Shown: piece after piece, positions 48,501 to 61,720 of the stretch
Position numbering within the stretch: position 1 is the stretch's first letter
How the letters are laid out: every line of letters begins with the position of its first letter
Origin: Monocercomonoides exilis PA203
Lineage: Eukaryota; Protista; Preaxostyla
Length of the DNA: 64,000 bases
Assembly: GCA_001643675.2 (NCBI GenBank)
Contig: LSRY02000007.1
Span: 62,001-126,000, forward strand
Direction of reading: 5' to 3'
Made by a program: the position numbers and the translations under genes
Notes under the pieces: generated by a model
What the model was told of the DNA's origin: nothing
The model's database searches: none
The model's input: the letters and a program-made list of their open reading frames with translations, nothing else

Positions 48501-51500
48501 TCTTCTTCATTGTCATCCTCAACAAAACAGTTATCTCTTATAACTTCATCTTCTTCTTCACTTCTTTCTTTTTCTCTTTCCTTTTCTCTTCCTCTTTCCT
48601 TCGCCTTCTTCCTCCTCTCCTCCAACTTATCCCCAATCACACACAATATCTCTTTGATAACAAAACCAGAAAAGAGTTTTAAAGAAGCCGAACTGAAACG
48701 CGAAAGAGAAAAAGAAAAAGCAGAATTTGAAGAAGAAGAAGAAGAAGAAGAAGAAGAAGGTGGAAAAGGCTGTTTTGGAAGGCCGATCAGTTTGTGGTGG
48801 AGAGAGAACACTCTCAGCAGAACAGTCAGTGCTCTCAATTTGATTCCATTGGCAACCAAATAAGAGGGAGAAAAAGAAGAAGAAGAAGAAGAAGAAGAAG
48901 AAAGAGAAGAATTAATTCCCTGTTTCTTCGTGTTAGCATAAGCCAGTATAACAGCAGAAGGTATTTTCTGAGAAAGAGCGCATTTGAGGAGAGGGAGGAG
49001 GGACAAGACGATGTCTTCTTCGATGGCGTAGACTGAGCTGAAGGGGTGTTCTAAGAGGAGGAGAAGGAGAGAAAAGATGGAGTGGACACGCTCAATGGAA
49101 GAGGCAGAGGAGAGGGTGTAGACAGAGGAGGAAGGGAGGAGAGAGAAGGGGGAGATTGGAAGGAGAGAGGAAAGAGAGGAAGAAGAAAGAGAGGAAGAAG
49201 AAGAAGAAAGAGAGGAAGAAGAAGAATTATTGTCTGCTTTTGGATACATCTGAGCAAAGTCGTTGGATGAGACATAAGAAGCAGCCAACAGACGAGAAAG
49301 AGCAGAGAAAAGATGAGAAGAAATATATTCCCTCTTTTTGGTGTCGTTTGGAGAGGAAATGTTTGGCGGGGCAGAAGAAGCAATGGAATTAGTGATTGTC
49401 TTCAATGAAGCAGATATCATGTCATTCTCTGTGTATGGATTGCTCACACTAAAAGAAAAAACATTTGAAAAAAAGATTTAAAAAAAAAATATAATTATGT
49501 TGTTCAAATAAAAAGGAAAAAAATTCGAATTTTAAACAAAAAGATTTTCAGATAAATAAAATGAATATTTATTTGAGCAGAAAAACACAAAAATTCACAA
49601 AATTCCCTCTCAAAAAGCACATACAGCAATGTCCTAACCACATCCTCCACAGCCTTCCCAGCCTTTCCTGTTCTCTTCTTCTTCCTCTGCTCTTCTTCTC
49701 CTTCTGTTCCTGATGCATCTGCTGCTGCTGATGATGATAATGTTGATGATGTTGATGATAATGATTGAGTATTCTGCCCTGTCTTCTTATTCCCTTTGTA
49801 CCCTCCTCCAAACATATTCATCAATTGCGCTGATTTTGACACCCCATTCACCCCTTTCGAAGGAGAACTGCCTGTTTTTGAGGCATTCTTCGGTTTCTGT
49901 GTGAGCTTTGTGGCTTTGTTGAATGAAGATTCTTTTCCTCCTTTTGTTTTTTGAATGTCATCATCATCGTCGTCGTCATCGTCAAATCCCAAGTCAACAT
50001 CCAACTTCTCTTTCTCTTTCCTTTCTCCTTCTTCCTCACTCTCTTCATCCTCTTCATTTTCATCTTCATCCTCCTCCTCCTCATTATCATCATCCTCCTC
50101 TTCTTCCCCTCTCCTCTTTCCCTTTCCCTTTCCTTTTCCCTTCCCCTTCTTCCTCTTCTGCTGTTCTCCTTTCCTCTTCCCCATCGAAAACGGAAGAGGA
50201 GCCAGTTTCTGAGGCAGAATAGACAGACGCGGCTGAAGAGGAGACGATTGGCTGGCGGCAGAAGGGGAATATTTGGGCATTAGCGACGGGGCAGTTGCGG
50301 ATTTCTGCGGAGAAATGGCATAAGGCGAGGAGAGGGAAGAGGAGGAAAGGGGAGAAGAAGAAGAAGAAGAGGAGGAAGAAGAAGAAGCAGATGAATTAGA
50401 ACCAAAAGCTCTGTCAGTTTGAGCACGTGTCTGATACACCTGTGCCAGTTTCTGTTTCTCTCTCTCGTTTAAGAGCATTGACTGAGATCTTTCCTTCTTG
50501 CTGTAACCAGACGAGGCAATCAGAGCAGCAGCAGAGGAAGAAGAAGAAGTGGTTGGGGTGAGTGAATGAGAGTGGAGATGAAGTGGAGAAGAAGAAGATG
50601 AGGAGGAGGAGGAAGAAGAGGTGGATGCATTTAAAGGAATGGATATGGATGGAATGTTGTGTGAGAGAGGAGGCAAAGAGAAAGAGAGAGAAGAAGAAGA
50701 GGAAGAGGCAGAGGAAGAAGAAGAAGTCGAAGTTGATTCGAGAGGAGGAAGAGAACGTTGCAATTCTTTCATCCGCATCTTCTTCGTGATGCCAAATATC
50801 ATCTTCTTCATATTCGACCCTTCTGCCAGCTCAGCCACAGTTGGACGCTCTTTGAAATTCTAAAAATGTTAAAAAAGAAAAAAATAAATAAAATTGAATA
50901 AAATATGATTATTGGACATTCAGTAAATAAATAAATAATATTTTCAAATATCAGTTAATAATGGAATTATAACAAGAATAACATTAAATTTTTTTCCGAT
51001 TTTTCTTTCTTTGTTTTCTTTCTTTTTCGATTCGTCTTGCATCATTATTCATCACAAAACATGTTCTTTCATTAATAATTTCCTCATACAATTTTCAGCA
51101 TTTTCCTGATGAGCTTCTTGAGAACGTGGTCGAAATGGTGAGGGAAGTGCAGATGATTCGAGTCCATCTCCTTCGGCAGCTCCACATCCCCTCTGATAGC
51201 AAAGGTCGTCACAGATGGAACCAGATCCACAGAAAAAGGCGCAAACGGCACCTTTCCAGTGGCCATCTCATACATAATCACACCCAATGAAAACACATCT
51301 CCTGCTGGTAAGCGTCTATAAAAAGATCGAAATGGGTGAAATAAAAATCACCATATTTCAAATAACAATACTGAACAAACAATCCATCCTTCAAGAGCTC
51401 AGGGGCAATATAACGGCTTGCGTGGATTCAAAAATTAACGTTGTTCATACGTTGTTTGCATAAATTGTATTTAAAATCAAATTGATAATATTTAGAATAT

Positions 51501-52230
51501 TCGAAAAATAAAAAACATTTGCGTACTGAAGAGATGTGTCAGAATAGTTTATTGATTTTGTGGAATCTAGACATTGCATAATGCAATAATCACCTATAAG
51601 AAAACAATAATACGTTCAAAAGTATAAATTTAATAAGTATAAAGTTAAATGATTTAACCAAGTCTGCAAGCTCCATCTTTTCCGAAAAAAATATTTTCTG
51701 GCTTCAGATTACCATGAAATTTTCCAGCGTTGTGCAACTCTCCGAGTCCAATTAAAAAATGTGCAAAAAATACCCAAATTTCCTTAAATGTGAACGTTAT
51801 TCTTTTTAAAGAGCGTGCTAAATCAAAAGAACTAACTTTTTCAGTAAAGCCATTCTTATGCGCATTTAACTGTGTCCTAAAGCTTCCGCGATCATAATAT
51901 TCCATCAGCAAATAACAAAAATCGTCTCGCAGAAATGTTGCGTGTTGTTTTACCAAAAATGGCGTGTTATAGTTGTTTAATTCAGAAATTGCTACAGGAA
52001 GTTCATTTGTCATTGAAAGACTTCTAAGTGGTATTTTTTTCCAGCAGTAAGTCTTATCTGTAACAGCATAGTTCACTTGAAACACTTCGCCCGAGGTTCC
52101 AGCACCCAATTGCTTTCCAATTAAGACTAAAGTCAAAATTGTAAAAGTCGAAAATTTCGAATAAAATAAATTGCTTATTTCATAAAACTTATAACAAACA
52201 AAAATCAAAGTTAAAATCTGTGGCTGTCAT
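45522..52230 (-). CDS. Large (~2000 aa) protein: N-terminal probable pseudokinase domain, low-complexity linker and helical (ARM/HEAT-like) C-terminus; multi-exon
   Basis: LGAGTSGEVFQV, YCWKKI, FHGNLKPENIFF, RLG|DYC, DVFSLGVIMYEMATGKVPF, NFKERPTVAEL. ORFs 49504-50838, 47621-49447, 45957-47513 and a last exon to 45522 are joined by AT-rich GT..AG introns. Confidence 0.7.
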
Positions 52231-52662
52231 AACTGTAAACCCGAATGAAACAAAAGAAGGGCAAAAAAACAACTATTTCCATCCCATTTATTCTATCATG
52301 ATGATCTAATTATTTTCAATTTGCGTATAACCACCGAATATCGTATAAGATAGATTTTATAAACAAAATTAAAAAATATCACTTTTCAATGCAACAACGA
52401 ATAACCGGTAAAAATCAAAAAACAATACTCTGAAAAGTTCAATTGTCCATAACTTACTTCGTAAAGCTAACTAATTTCCAAAGTAAATCACAGTTTAAAA
52501 TGCTTCAGTTATAACGAAACAAACAAAAGAGATAAAAAAAATGAGTTTAAACAATTTGAAATGAAACAGTGTAAATTACAAATTATAAATGATTTATAAA
52601 TCCATTTTAATAAAAGATCATAAGAATATTATGAAAATATATTTACGAAGAGAGCATTGACA

Positions 52663-54704
52663 TTATGATTGCTTTTGCCAAGCATGATAACTCAGATGCT
52701 GAAACGATGAGAGGAGAGAAGGTACTGAATTGTATGCAGACACAGGCGGGAGGATAAATGGAGGATTGGAAGAAGGAGAAGATGACGAAGATGCAGCGGG
52801 TGGGGAAGACTTTATAAATTGTGAAGAAAAAGTAGAAGAAGAAGAAGATGATGATGATAAAGCTGGCTTTGAAGAGCCAACCAGCTCACCGAATGCAGGA
52901 GGCTTTGCAAACTGTCCCCAGGCAGGGGCAGAAGAAGTCGAGTATTTGATGCCATCAGAAGAGATGACAGTGGAGGAAGAGGAGGAAAAGGCGAAAGAGG
53001 CTGATGAGGAACTTGAAGAAAATGGATTTGTATTTGAAGGAAATGACTTGGATGCTCCAAAAGGATTAGAAGAAGAGCCGAAAGAGACAGTCGAAGCAAA
53101 AGGAGATGACATTCCAGTACTCAAATTAGAACATTTGTTATCTTCATTAGCTTCTTCATCTTCATCGTCCTCATTATCATTATCATCATCATCGCAATTG
53201 TCAGTTGACTGCTCCATTTCTTGTGGACTCTCTGCAGAATAGTCATTGCCGCCTTCTTCTTCTTCATCTTCTTCTTCATCTTCTTCATCTCCCATTTTGC
53301 GTGCTGATCTTGTTTGCCCAATTTTGTGTTTGACAGCTGCTTTTCTCTTTTTACAGCTTTTACTCGAAATTACTTTAGATTTGCTTGTTGATGGAGAAGA
53401 AGAGGAAGAAGAGGAAGAAGAAGACGAAGTGAATGAAGATGGCAACTCTCGTTCAATCTCTCTGAAATGTTGAATTCTTGCACCAGTTCGCGAATATTTG
53501 CCAGTCACCTTCAAAGAAAGATTTATGATAGGCAAGAGTTTTGAATCATTTTTTTAATAAAAAATAAAATAAAATAAAATAAATGGAAAAATATTTTTAT
53601 AAAAGGTAATGCAATTCCCAAAGATTATTTAAACATACTCCAACTCTAACTGAATCAGGAAGTCCATAAAATGCGTTTTGTTGAACTGTTCCATTAACTG
53701 TAAAAAACAACTAATTATAAGATTATAGTAGAATTCACATAAAGAAATAGTAAAACATAAATATTAAAAAAATGATAAAAACAGTTGAAAGTTTAAATTT
53801 CAAAATGGTTCATGAAATAAATTAAGCAATGATAACTTACACAAGCTATTTTCTAATTTGATTTATTCTATTTTCAATTTACTCTTCCAATATCGCTTAA
53901 AAAAGTTGTACTCAAATTGAACATACAAATCGATAATCCATATCTACTATGCAGCCAACTACATCATCAGAAGTAAACGAAAAATTTCCTGGTATCGTTT
54001 TTGAATGATAAGTATTTCCCCTATTAAATTATCGATTTAACAGATGTCGAAAACAAAATGGATATAAATAAATCGAAAAAACTCGAATTTATAAAGACAT
54101 ATAACAAACGATTGCGTATAATCAATCGAATCTTAATATATTTAAATATGTTAATAGTTAAATTAAATCTTGATAATCATAAAAAGCAAAATACATACCA
54201 TAATTAGTGCCAAGATTATAAAGGCTTCCATATTTACGAATAGAAGCGTTTGATACTCCGACGCCTGCGCGAAATAATTCGACATTAAAATTATTACAAT
54301 TATTTTTTTAAAAACTTTCAAACTTGTATCAAAAGTTGCATCAGCTGAAACAAAAAGAAAGTCGCTAGATTAAACAACACAAAATGAAAAGAATATAAGA
54401 TGCAAGTATATATCATATTCAATACCATTTCCAAAGACCCTAAATAATACACACGTTGAAAAATAAAATTATTCGTTGGAACAATAATTAACAATGATAC
54501 CTTTGTTAAAACTTTGTTAACAAATGCAACTGACACTGTTGGATTTGTCCAAACGCATTCCCTTCCGTTACATTTGGCACTTGTCGGACTAAGTGAAACA
54601 AAAGATATTTCCTCTGCCAAATGAATCATAAAGAAAGCAATTATAAATTTATTAAATTTAGATATATAACCATCATCGTCTTCAGCTACATATTTCCGCG
54701 GCAT
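52663..54704 (-). CDS. SPRY/B30.2-like beta-domain protein with acidic and Ser/Phe-rich low-complexity tail, multi-exon
   Basis: Exons NPTVSVAFVNKVLTK, VYYLGSLEM, GNFSFTSDDVVGCIVDMD and VNGTVQQNAFYGLPDSVRVG show the SPRY-type pattern. Confidence 0.55.
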
Positions 54705-54922
54705 GAAATTAATCACCGGTATCGAAATAGTGCCTGAAGATCTTTATTTATTGATCGAAATACCCCAAAATTTGTCAATAAGATCAAAGGTGTTGTGATT
54801 GTTAGACTTATAAAATTCGATAATTTTGAAATGATTTGCACATAAAATTATTGTTCACACAATAAAAGTTTCTTGAGACTATTAAAATTTCAACATGCTT
54901 GAAAATTTCACAAATACCTTCT

Positions 54923-55592
54923 TTAATCAGATGCTTGTCTTTTTGAGGCAGTGATATCAATCGGCTCATCTGAAGATTCTCCCGACTTTTTAGTTTCGCT
55001 TTCTGAAGCTTCCTTATCTTTTTTGGAATCTGTTGTTTCTGAAGTTGCAGTTTTCTTTGGTCTTCCTCTGCCTCTCTTTGAAGGTGAAGTTGGTGTTTTT
55101 GTCTTTGGTTTTGGTGTTTCGGATGCACCTGATGAAGTTGAATTTTTTGGAGGTCTGCCTCTCCCTCTCTTTGGAGTATTTGGGGTGGATTCAGAATCAG
55201 CTTTTTTTTCATCCTTCTCTTTATCTTTTTTTATTTCCTCAACAGTTTTTGTGTCATCATTCTTCTCTTCATTTTTGTCAGTTTCTTTTTCAGCTGTTTT
55301 TGCCTTTGGGGGCCTTCCACGCTTTTTTGGTGCAATATTATTATCTGCTGCAGGTTTTTCTGATTGCTTGTCTTTGGTATCTTTTTCTTTCTTTGGAGAT
55401 GTTTCATCGACTTCAATTGTTGCTTTAGCGTGTTAATGATAATATATAAGCGCCAGGATCACAATAAAAAAATTTAAATATTTTTGCGTTTTGTAAAGAT
55501 GTAAAAAGTTCTTAATCCGAAAAATAACAAAAACTACAGATACTAATTTCTTCTTTCTTGTCTTGCTTTTCTTGTTTTGTTTGATCAGACAT
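54923..55592 (-). CDS. HMGA-like small chromatin protein with three AT-hooks (not in the ORF track in this frame)
   Basis: Minus frame contains PKKRGRPPK, PKRGRGRPPK and SKRGRGRPKK in a K/E/S/T/P-rich disordered chain ending ...KRQASD*; first exon MSDQTKQEKQDKKEE from 55592. Confidence 0.75.
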
Positions 55593-55926
55593 TTTAATGA
55601 TTTTGCAAAAAAATGTTTTAAAACAATGTGATCGAACCCACATATATGTTTTCATTTAATTGTAAAATGGGCTACTTATGATTGGATCAACAAAAAGTGC
55701 ATTTTAACAAATAGATTTTGCCTTAAAATTTATATCTGACCTTGTGTATGCTTTTCATATTTTTATTATATGAAATATTATTATATTTTTCTGAAAATAT
55801 GTGATATTTGAATGTTTTTGGAAATTATTAAAAAGGATTTATTATTTATTAATATTTGAAATAATCAAAACAGCATTAAGCTATTCGTACTGCCTTTGTG
55901 CTACCTTACTTATTTATAAAAACCAA

Positions 55927-58900
55927 ATGGTATTATTATTTTCATATGAAATAAAAAATATTTTTTATTGATTTTATATTAAGTTCAAACCAACAAGCTC
56001 ACGTTATTTTTCAAATGCATTAAAAGAGTTATTATCATGTTTTCCTCAAATTGCTAATGTGAAAATTAAGCCATCGTTCGTTATATTCTCTTTTTTCAAA
56101 ATCCTATTTATCTATTCCATTCATTGCAAGGCCATGCTCTCGATATTTCTTAATAAAGAAAACAGGCCATGGAAAATATGGCGAAGTGTTTGAAGGAATT
56201 GATTCAATAAGTGGGCAAATTTGTGCTATCAAAGTTCTTCGTCCAATTGTTAAAGATAAACTCTTACGCGAACTTCGTGTTCTCAAAATATTAGATGGTG
56301 GGCCAAACATTGTAAAGATGTACGATATAACGCGAGATCCTGATTCCAGTCAACTTTCTTTAGTATTTGAGTTTGTTGATTCTCCTGGATTTAAATATCT
56401 TTACCCCATCCTAAAGGAGTATGAAATAAGATATTATATGTATCAAGTGTTGAAGGCGCTGAATTTTGCACATTCAAGGGGCATTATGCATCGAGACATC
56501 AAACCACAGAATATTATGATAAATCCAAGAACTCATGTTTGCTTTATTCTTTCAATACAACAGAAACTGCTTTTCATTGTAATATTTATCTAAATATTTA
56601 TAATCAACTTTTTCATAACAACTCATCATTTCCCCCTCTATTTCTTTTTGAATCCAGCAACTTCGATTGATTGATTGGGGTTTGGCTGAATTTTATTCTC
56701 CTCCACCAGGTTATTCACACATTGATTCAAATGAAAAAAGAGGTTGTGAAGAAGAAGAAAGAGAAGAAAATTCATTGAAACAAAATGATTACTCCGGAAA
56801 CGTCATTCAAGAGAACGATACAAAAAAGCACCAGCAATACAACCAGGAGTATTTATCGAGTCATGCAATACAGAATTCTTCGATCCAATCATCAAAGGCA
56901 TCTCTCATTCATTCTTCATTACAACAGCAGCAGCAAAACTGTTTAACAACGCCAATTCCATCTTCAACAGCACAACATTCATCATCTTCATCTTCATCAT
57001 CATCATCATCTTCTTCTTCTTCTTCTTCTTCTTCACCATCTCCTTTTCCTCTTCCTCCATTCAACACCCATGTTTGCTCTCTTCACTACAAACCACCAGA
57101 GATTCTGCTGGGAGATGGGTATTATGACTACTCACTCGACATCTGGAGCTTCGGATGCCTCGTTTTGGCCTTCTTCCTCAGAAGATTTCCTGCTTTCAAC
57201 GGAATCAGCGACAAAGACCAGCTGAATGTCATTGCGAGTGTGGTGGGCACGAAGAGGATTGCGGAGATGCTGCGAAGGAGGGGAAACGAGGAGGAGGCAA
57301 AAAGATGGATGAAGATGGAGGAGAAGAAGGAGAGGGGGTGGATGGAGATGTGGCTGGAGAAGAGGAGAGAGAAAGAGGTGCGAAGAGAAAAGATGGCCAT
57401 GAAAGAGGCAGAATACAAAGCAAAGAGGAAGGCTCCTTCAAAGAAGAGAAAAGGGAAGAAAAAGGAGGAAGAAGAAGGAGAAGAAGGAAAAGCAGTTGAA
57501 AGGGAAGAAACAAAAGATAATAAATTGGAAGAATACAAAAAGCAACAGAGAGGTAAAATGGGGAAATGCAAAAAGGAAAATGAAAAAGGAAACATTAACT
57601 CCAGTTTGTCTTATTCTGTTTCTTCGATTGAGCGCAAAGAAGTTAAAGTGAGAAATGAGAATATTTGCCTCAAAAACACACAAACACAACAGCAATCAGA
57701 TCAAACAGCGCTTTCTGGAAAACCAAACACAAATGATTCGAATTCTGCTGATGAATCTCCTCCTTCTTCGTTGGCAAGTGTGCCTTCTCCACAAACATCA
57801 GTACAAACATCCACAGAAGCAGATCAATCTATTCCTCTTCCTCTGACACACACAAACATTTCATGTGATGCCTCTCCATCCAAACAAATCCCCACATCCA
57901 ATTCATCTTCACCACACGTCCCATCCCTCTCCTCTTCCTCCTCCTCCTCCTCCTCCTCCTCCTCCACTTCATTCCCGTTGTATCTCAGTCCTTCTCCTGT
58001 CCTCTTCTCCCTCCTCTCCTCTTGCCTCTCTCCGCTTCCTGAAGAGCGCCCGTCTGCAAAGGAGCTGATGCAGCATCCGTTTTTTGCAGACATCCACGCA
58101 ATGGACAAGGAAGGGGTATCTTCAGGGAGAGTGCTGAAGAGAAGAAAGGTCAGAGTGAAAAGGAAAGTGAAGGTGCACAGAAAGAAAAACAAAGAGACAG
58201 AAGAAGAGAAGGTTATGAAAGAAAAGGAAGACAATGTAATTTTTAATGAAAAGAAGAACAGTGGAACGAAAGAGATGAATGGAGAAGAAGAAGAAGAAGA
58301 AGCATTGGAAATGGCGCAAAACGAGATTGACGAAAAAGACATCACAAACGACTTGTCATTGATGACTTATGACATTTCAACTGCATTTCAAAGTGACAGA
58401 GACAATGCTCCTTGCTTCAATCCTTTGGAAGCTCAAAACGAAGCAAAGAACAAAAGTGTGTGTGATTCTCTTTCGCCTTCTGTTTCGAATGAATTGTCAT
58501 ATGCATCAGCCTCAGCTTCAACACCAGCTGCATTTCAAATGTTAAATTCATCATCGTTTTCTTCTTCTTCTCCTTCTCCTTCTCCTTCTCCTCATCCTTC
58601 TTCTTCAATCGTTTCAGACTCTTCTTTTGCTTCATCTCAAAGAAAGTGTCTGAATCCTTCTGATGAAGAAGCAAAAGAGAAGGAATTATTCGAATTAGCA
58701 AAAGAAATTCTTTTGAGGAAGAAAGAAAGGGAAAAGGAGAAGTCTTGTCAAAATGTGAATGCTTTTAAAGGAACAATCAAAAGAGGAAGAAACAAACAAA
58801 AAGGGCTGTATGACAGTGATGATGAAGAAAGCGATGAAGAAGACGAAGAAGAAGAAACAAGCGAGACAGAAGAAGAATCAGATGACTATGAAATGTTTGC

Positions 58901-60062
58901 ATCGCTTCACACACGCAGACTCTTGTTGAAGAAGAGGCAGCACAACAAAGCAGACAAAAAGAAGTCAAAAACACCTTTTTCTAGGGGGAAATCAAAAAAG
59001 CAGGCAGAAAAAGCAGAAAGAGATGGGAAAAGGAATGTGAGTGGAAAGCAAGTGAATAAAAATGAGTGTGTTTCGTCGAAGCCATGTGAAGAATTTGAAG
59101 ACTACGTGGAAGTGATGAAGATGCCAACAGAGGGAAGAAAAATGACAGGAAAAGAAATCGAGAAAAAAGAGAAGGAAACCTTTGTCAAAGGGGAAAATGT
59201 GCACACGCAAAATGAAAATGCTTTAAGTTTTAAAAGGAAACAGGAAGAGAACAGAAAAGAAATAAAAACATCTGTTCAAAGAAAGAATGCGAATGATCCG
59301 TGTCCTCCTCCTTCGCGCAGAGCTTCCTTTGACAAAGTCTATTTCAATAGACAATCTGACCATTCTGCCGCTAAAGAAAAAGACAGTTCTGTTGATAAAT
59401 TGTTGTGTGTGTCAAGTCATTTGCCATTGCCTTCAGATGAAAATAACAAAGTAGATGATAAACTGACTGTGCTGTCTAATTCATCAGAAAGTTGTATGTT
59501 GAATGTCTTGAATGAAAATGTGAGTAAAATCACATGGAATGAAGGTGATGCGAAAGAAACTCAACAGAAGCGTGCAAAAGAGCAGAAAGGTGATAAAGAT
59601 GAGGAAAGTCAATTGTCAGATGGAAAAGAAGGCAACAACAAGGAAGAGCATGAGAGCGATGCTGAGGGTGATGTTGAGAGTGTGTTTGTGAGTGAATGGA
59701 CAACAGAAAGTGAAGACGATTCGAGCAGCTTTGATTACATCGACTGTGTTGAGCGGGGCATCATCCAGCCACTTGAATACAGGATGATCGGTGAAGAAGT
59801 CGAATTGTGGGCTAAAAGAGGTATATCATATGGACTCTCTTCAAATGAGGTGCTGATGAAGGAAGCAGATGTCAACGCTGCGATGAGAAGTGGAAAGAAA
59901 GGCAGGAAAGACATAAGAGAAGATATTGACAGAGACAAGCTGAGTGGGAAAGAGAGAAGGGAGGAGGAGACATTGAAGGAAGACACTGTTAGAAATGCAA
60001 CATTACTTGAAATTGTGCTGAATGACTGGAAGTGCGAAGAAAATGAAGAGGAAAAGGAATGA
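55927..60062 (+). CDS. Divergent casein kinase 2 alpha-like kinase with large inserts and long charged C-terminal tail, multi-exon
   Basis: [56 protein letters not shown] (CK2-specific DWG), YDYSLDIWSFGC, DQLNVIASVVGT, ERPSAKELMQHPFF. The 5' micro-exon (ATG 55927) is tentative. Confidence 0.85.
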
Positions 60063-60721
60063 ACCGGTGTTCAAAAAAAATGTGGAAATCAGAAAAAATA
60101 TCAGAAGAGGGAAAAGAAAAAGAAAAAAAAGGAGGGGAAACTTCAAGTGCGTTGTTTATAACAAAGTCGAAGATGAAAATATACAAGTGACTAAACAGGA
60201 AGGGAAATGATTCTTAATCCCAGATTTTGATACAAAAATAGAACTTATTTGTCCCTTAATGAAAAGATGGAGTGGTTGCAGTTGTTGCTTGACGATGTTA
60301 TAATTAATAATAAAGCATTCCGAATGAATAACAAGTGAAGTATTTTTTGTGGGAAATTTATGTTTTAAAACGTTTTTCTTGTTTTATTACGTTATTTGTT
60401 GATAATTTTTTTTTGACGTTTTCCTTACAATCGAGTTCTTTTTTGTTGAGAACAATACGATGATGAAAGACTTCTTTTGACATTTAAACACTTAATGATG
60501 AAGCTAAGTTTTGCATTTTCGTTGTTATTTACAAGCAAATAGGATATATTAATAGAATAGTAATTTTTTTTTCTTTTAATTGTTTTTTGTCTTAACAAAA
60601 ACGACAATTGTTAATGAGTTTTCATTAATGTGTGCATTACTGAAAATGTCACGTTAAAGCATTGTCTCTATTACTCAATGTGATATTTTTCTTGATCCAT
60701 TTAGAGTCTTATCACAATAAT

Positions 60722-61720
60722 ATGATCAAACCATTAGTATTTCGAATGGTTAATGTTTTAATTTCTTGCGCATTCTTAGCCATTTTTTCGTTATTTGTAT
60801 TTAAAGCAATGCGCTTTCTTACATCAAAAGTGTTACACGGTCAAAAAGATGGGGTAATAGAACACACGGAAACTTTTAGCAAAATACCATCTACTATTAT
60901 GTTTGTTTTATCTTCAACAGCAGCAAAACAAAATTTTTCTGATCAATTAAGCTTGATCACGCAAATAGTTATATCGTGCTATTCATATGGAGTTAAACAA
61001 TTATTTTTTTATGATATTCAAGGAGAATTTTATAAACATAGAGAAGAAATAAAAAATCAAATTGAAAATTTGAAAAATGAACATCATCGTTCACCAATTT
61101 ATGTTTCATGTTTGTCAGTGCGAGATACACTTGTTAGAAATGCAAAATCTTCTAGGATTTCATGTAGCCAGTTTTTAGAGTCAACTATCAACGCAATGAC
61201 GCCAACAATTTCAGAATCTGTTAATGTGCTTTCTCCTGGAATACCTACTGAAAACACTAACAAAATGGAAATTGATAAGTCAAATGTATCATTCGCTTCT
61301 TCAAATTCTCTCACAATGAGTTTTCCTCAAAAAGAAAACATTACATCAACTTTTGTAAACTCAGAAAGTCTTTCCGCATGCGACGGTATTCAGCCGCAAT
61401 GCAATTTACCTTGTTCTTCTGGGGAAGATTGTCGACAAAGTTGTATTGCTCTTTATCAGCCTGCTCAGTATCCAATGGCATCTGTTAATGTTATTTGCGT
61501 AATGGATGATAATTTTATACTTGGTGGATCTGTTGGAGAATTTATGAAGGCAAGTGAAATTTATTGGTGGCCCAGGAATGCGTCAATTCATAAAGAATAC
61601 TCAAAGCAATGTGGAATTATTGGTGTGAATGCTGTTTACAAAAATGATAATTTTATTCAAGAGGGAATAAAGGAAGTTATGGTTATGTATTCAAAATGTG
61701 AGCAGCGTGTCGGTAAGTAG
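60722..61720 (+). CDS. NUS1: Dehydrodolichyl diphosphate synthase complex subunit NUS1/NgBR-like
   Basis: N-terminal transmembrane segment; ITQIVISCYSYGVKQLFFYDIQG resembles the NUS1 'C...GI..ISVYD..G' segment; C-terminal YSKCEQRVGK* carries the conserved RxG motif. Confidence 0.75.
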   Translation: MIKPLVFRMVNVLISCAFLAIFSLFVFKAMRFLTSKVLHGQKDGVIEHTETFSKIPSTIMFVLSSTAAKQNFSDQLSLITQIVISCYSYGVKQLFFYDIQGEFYKHREEIKNQIENLKNEHHRSPIYVSCLSVRDTLVRNAKSSRISCSQFLESTINAMTPTISESVNVLSPGIPTENTNKMEIDKSNVSFASSNSLTMSFPQKENITSTFVNSESLSACDGIQPQCNLPCSSGEDCRQSCIALYQPAQYPMASVNVICVMDDNFILGGSVGEFMKASEIYWWPRNASIHKEYSKQCGIIGVNAVYKNDNFIQEGIKEVMVMYSKCEQRVGK

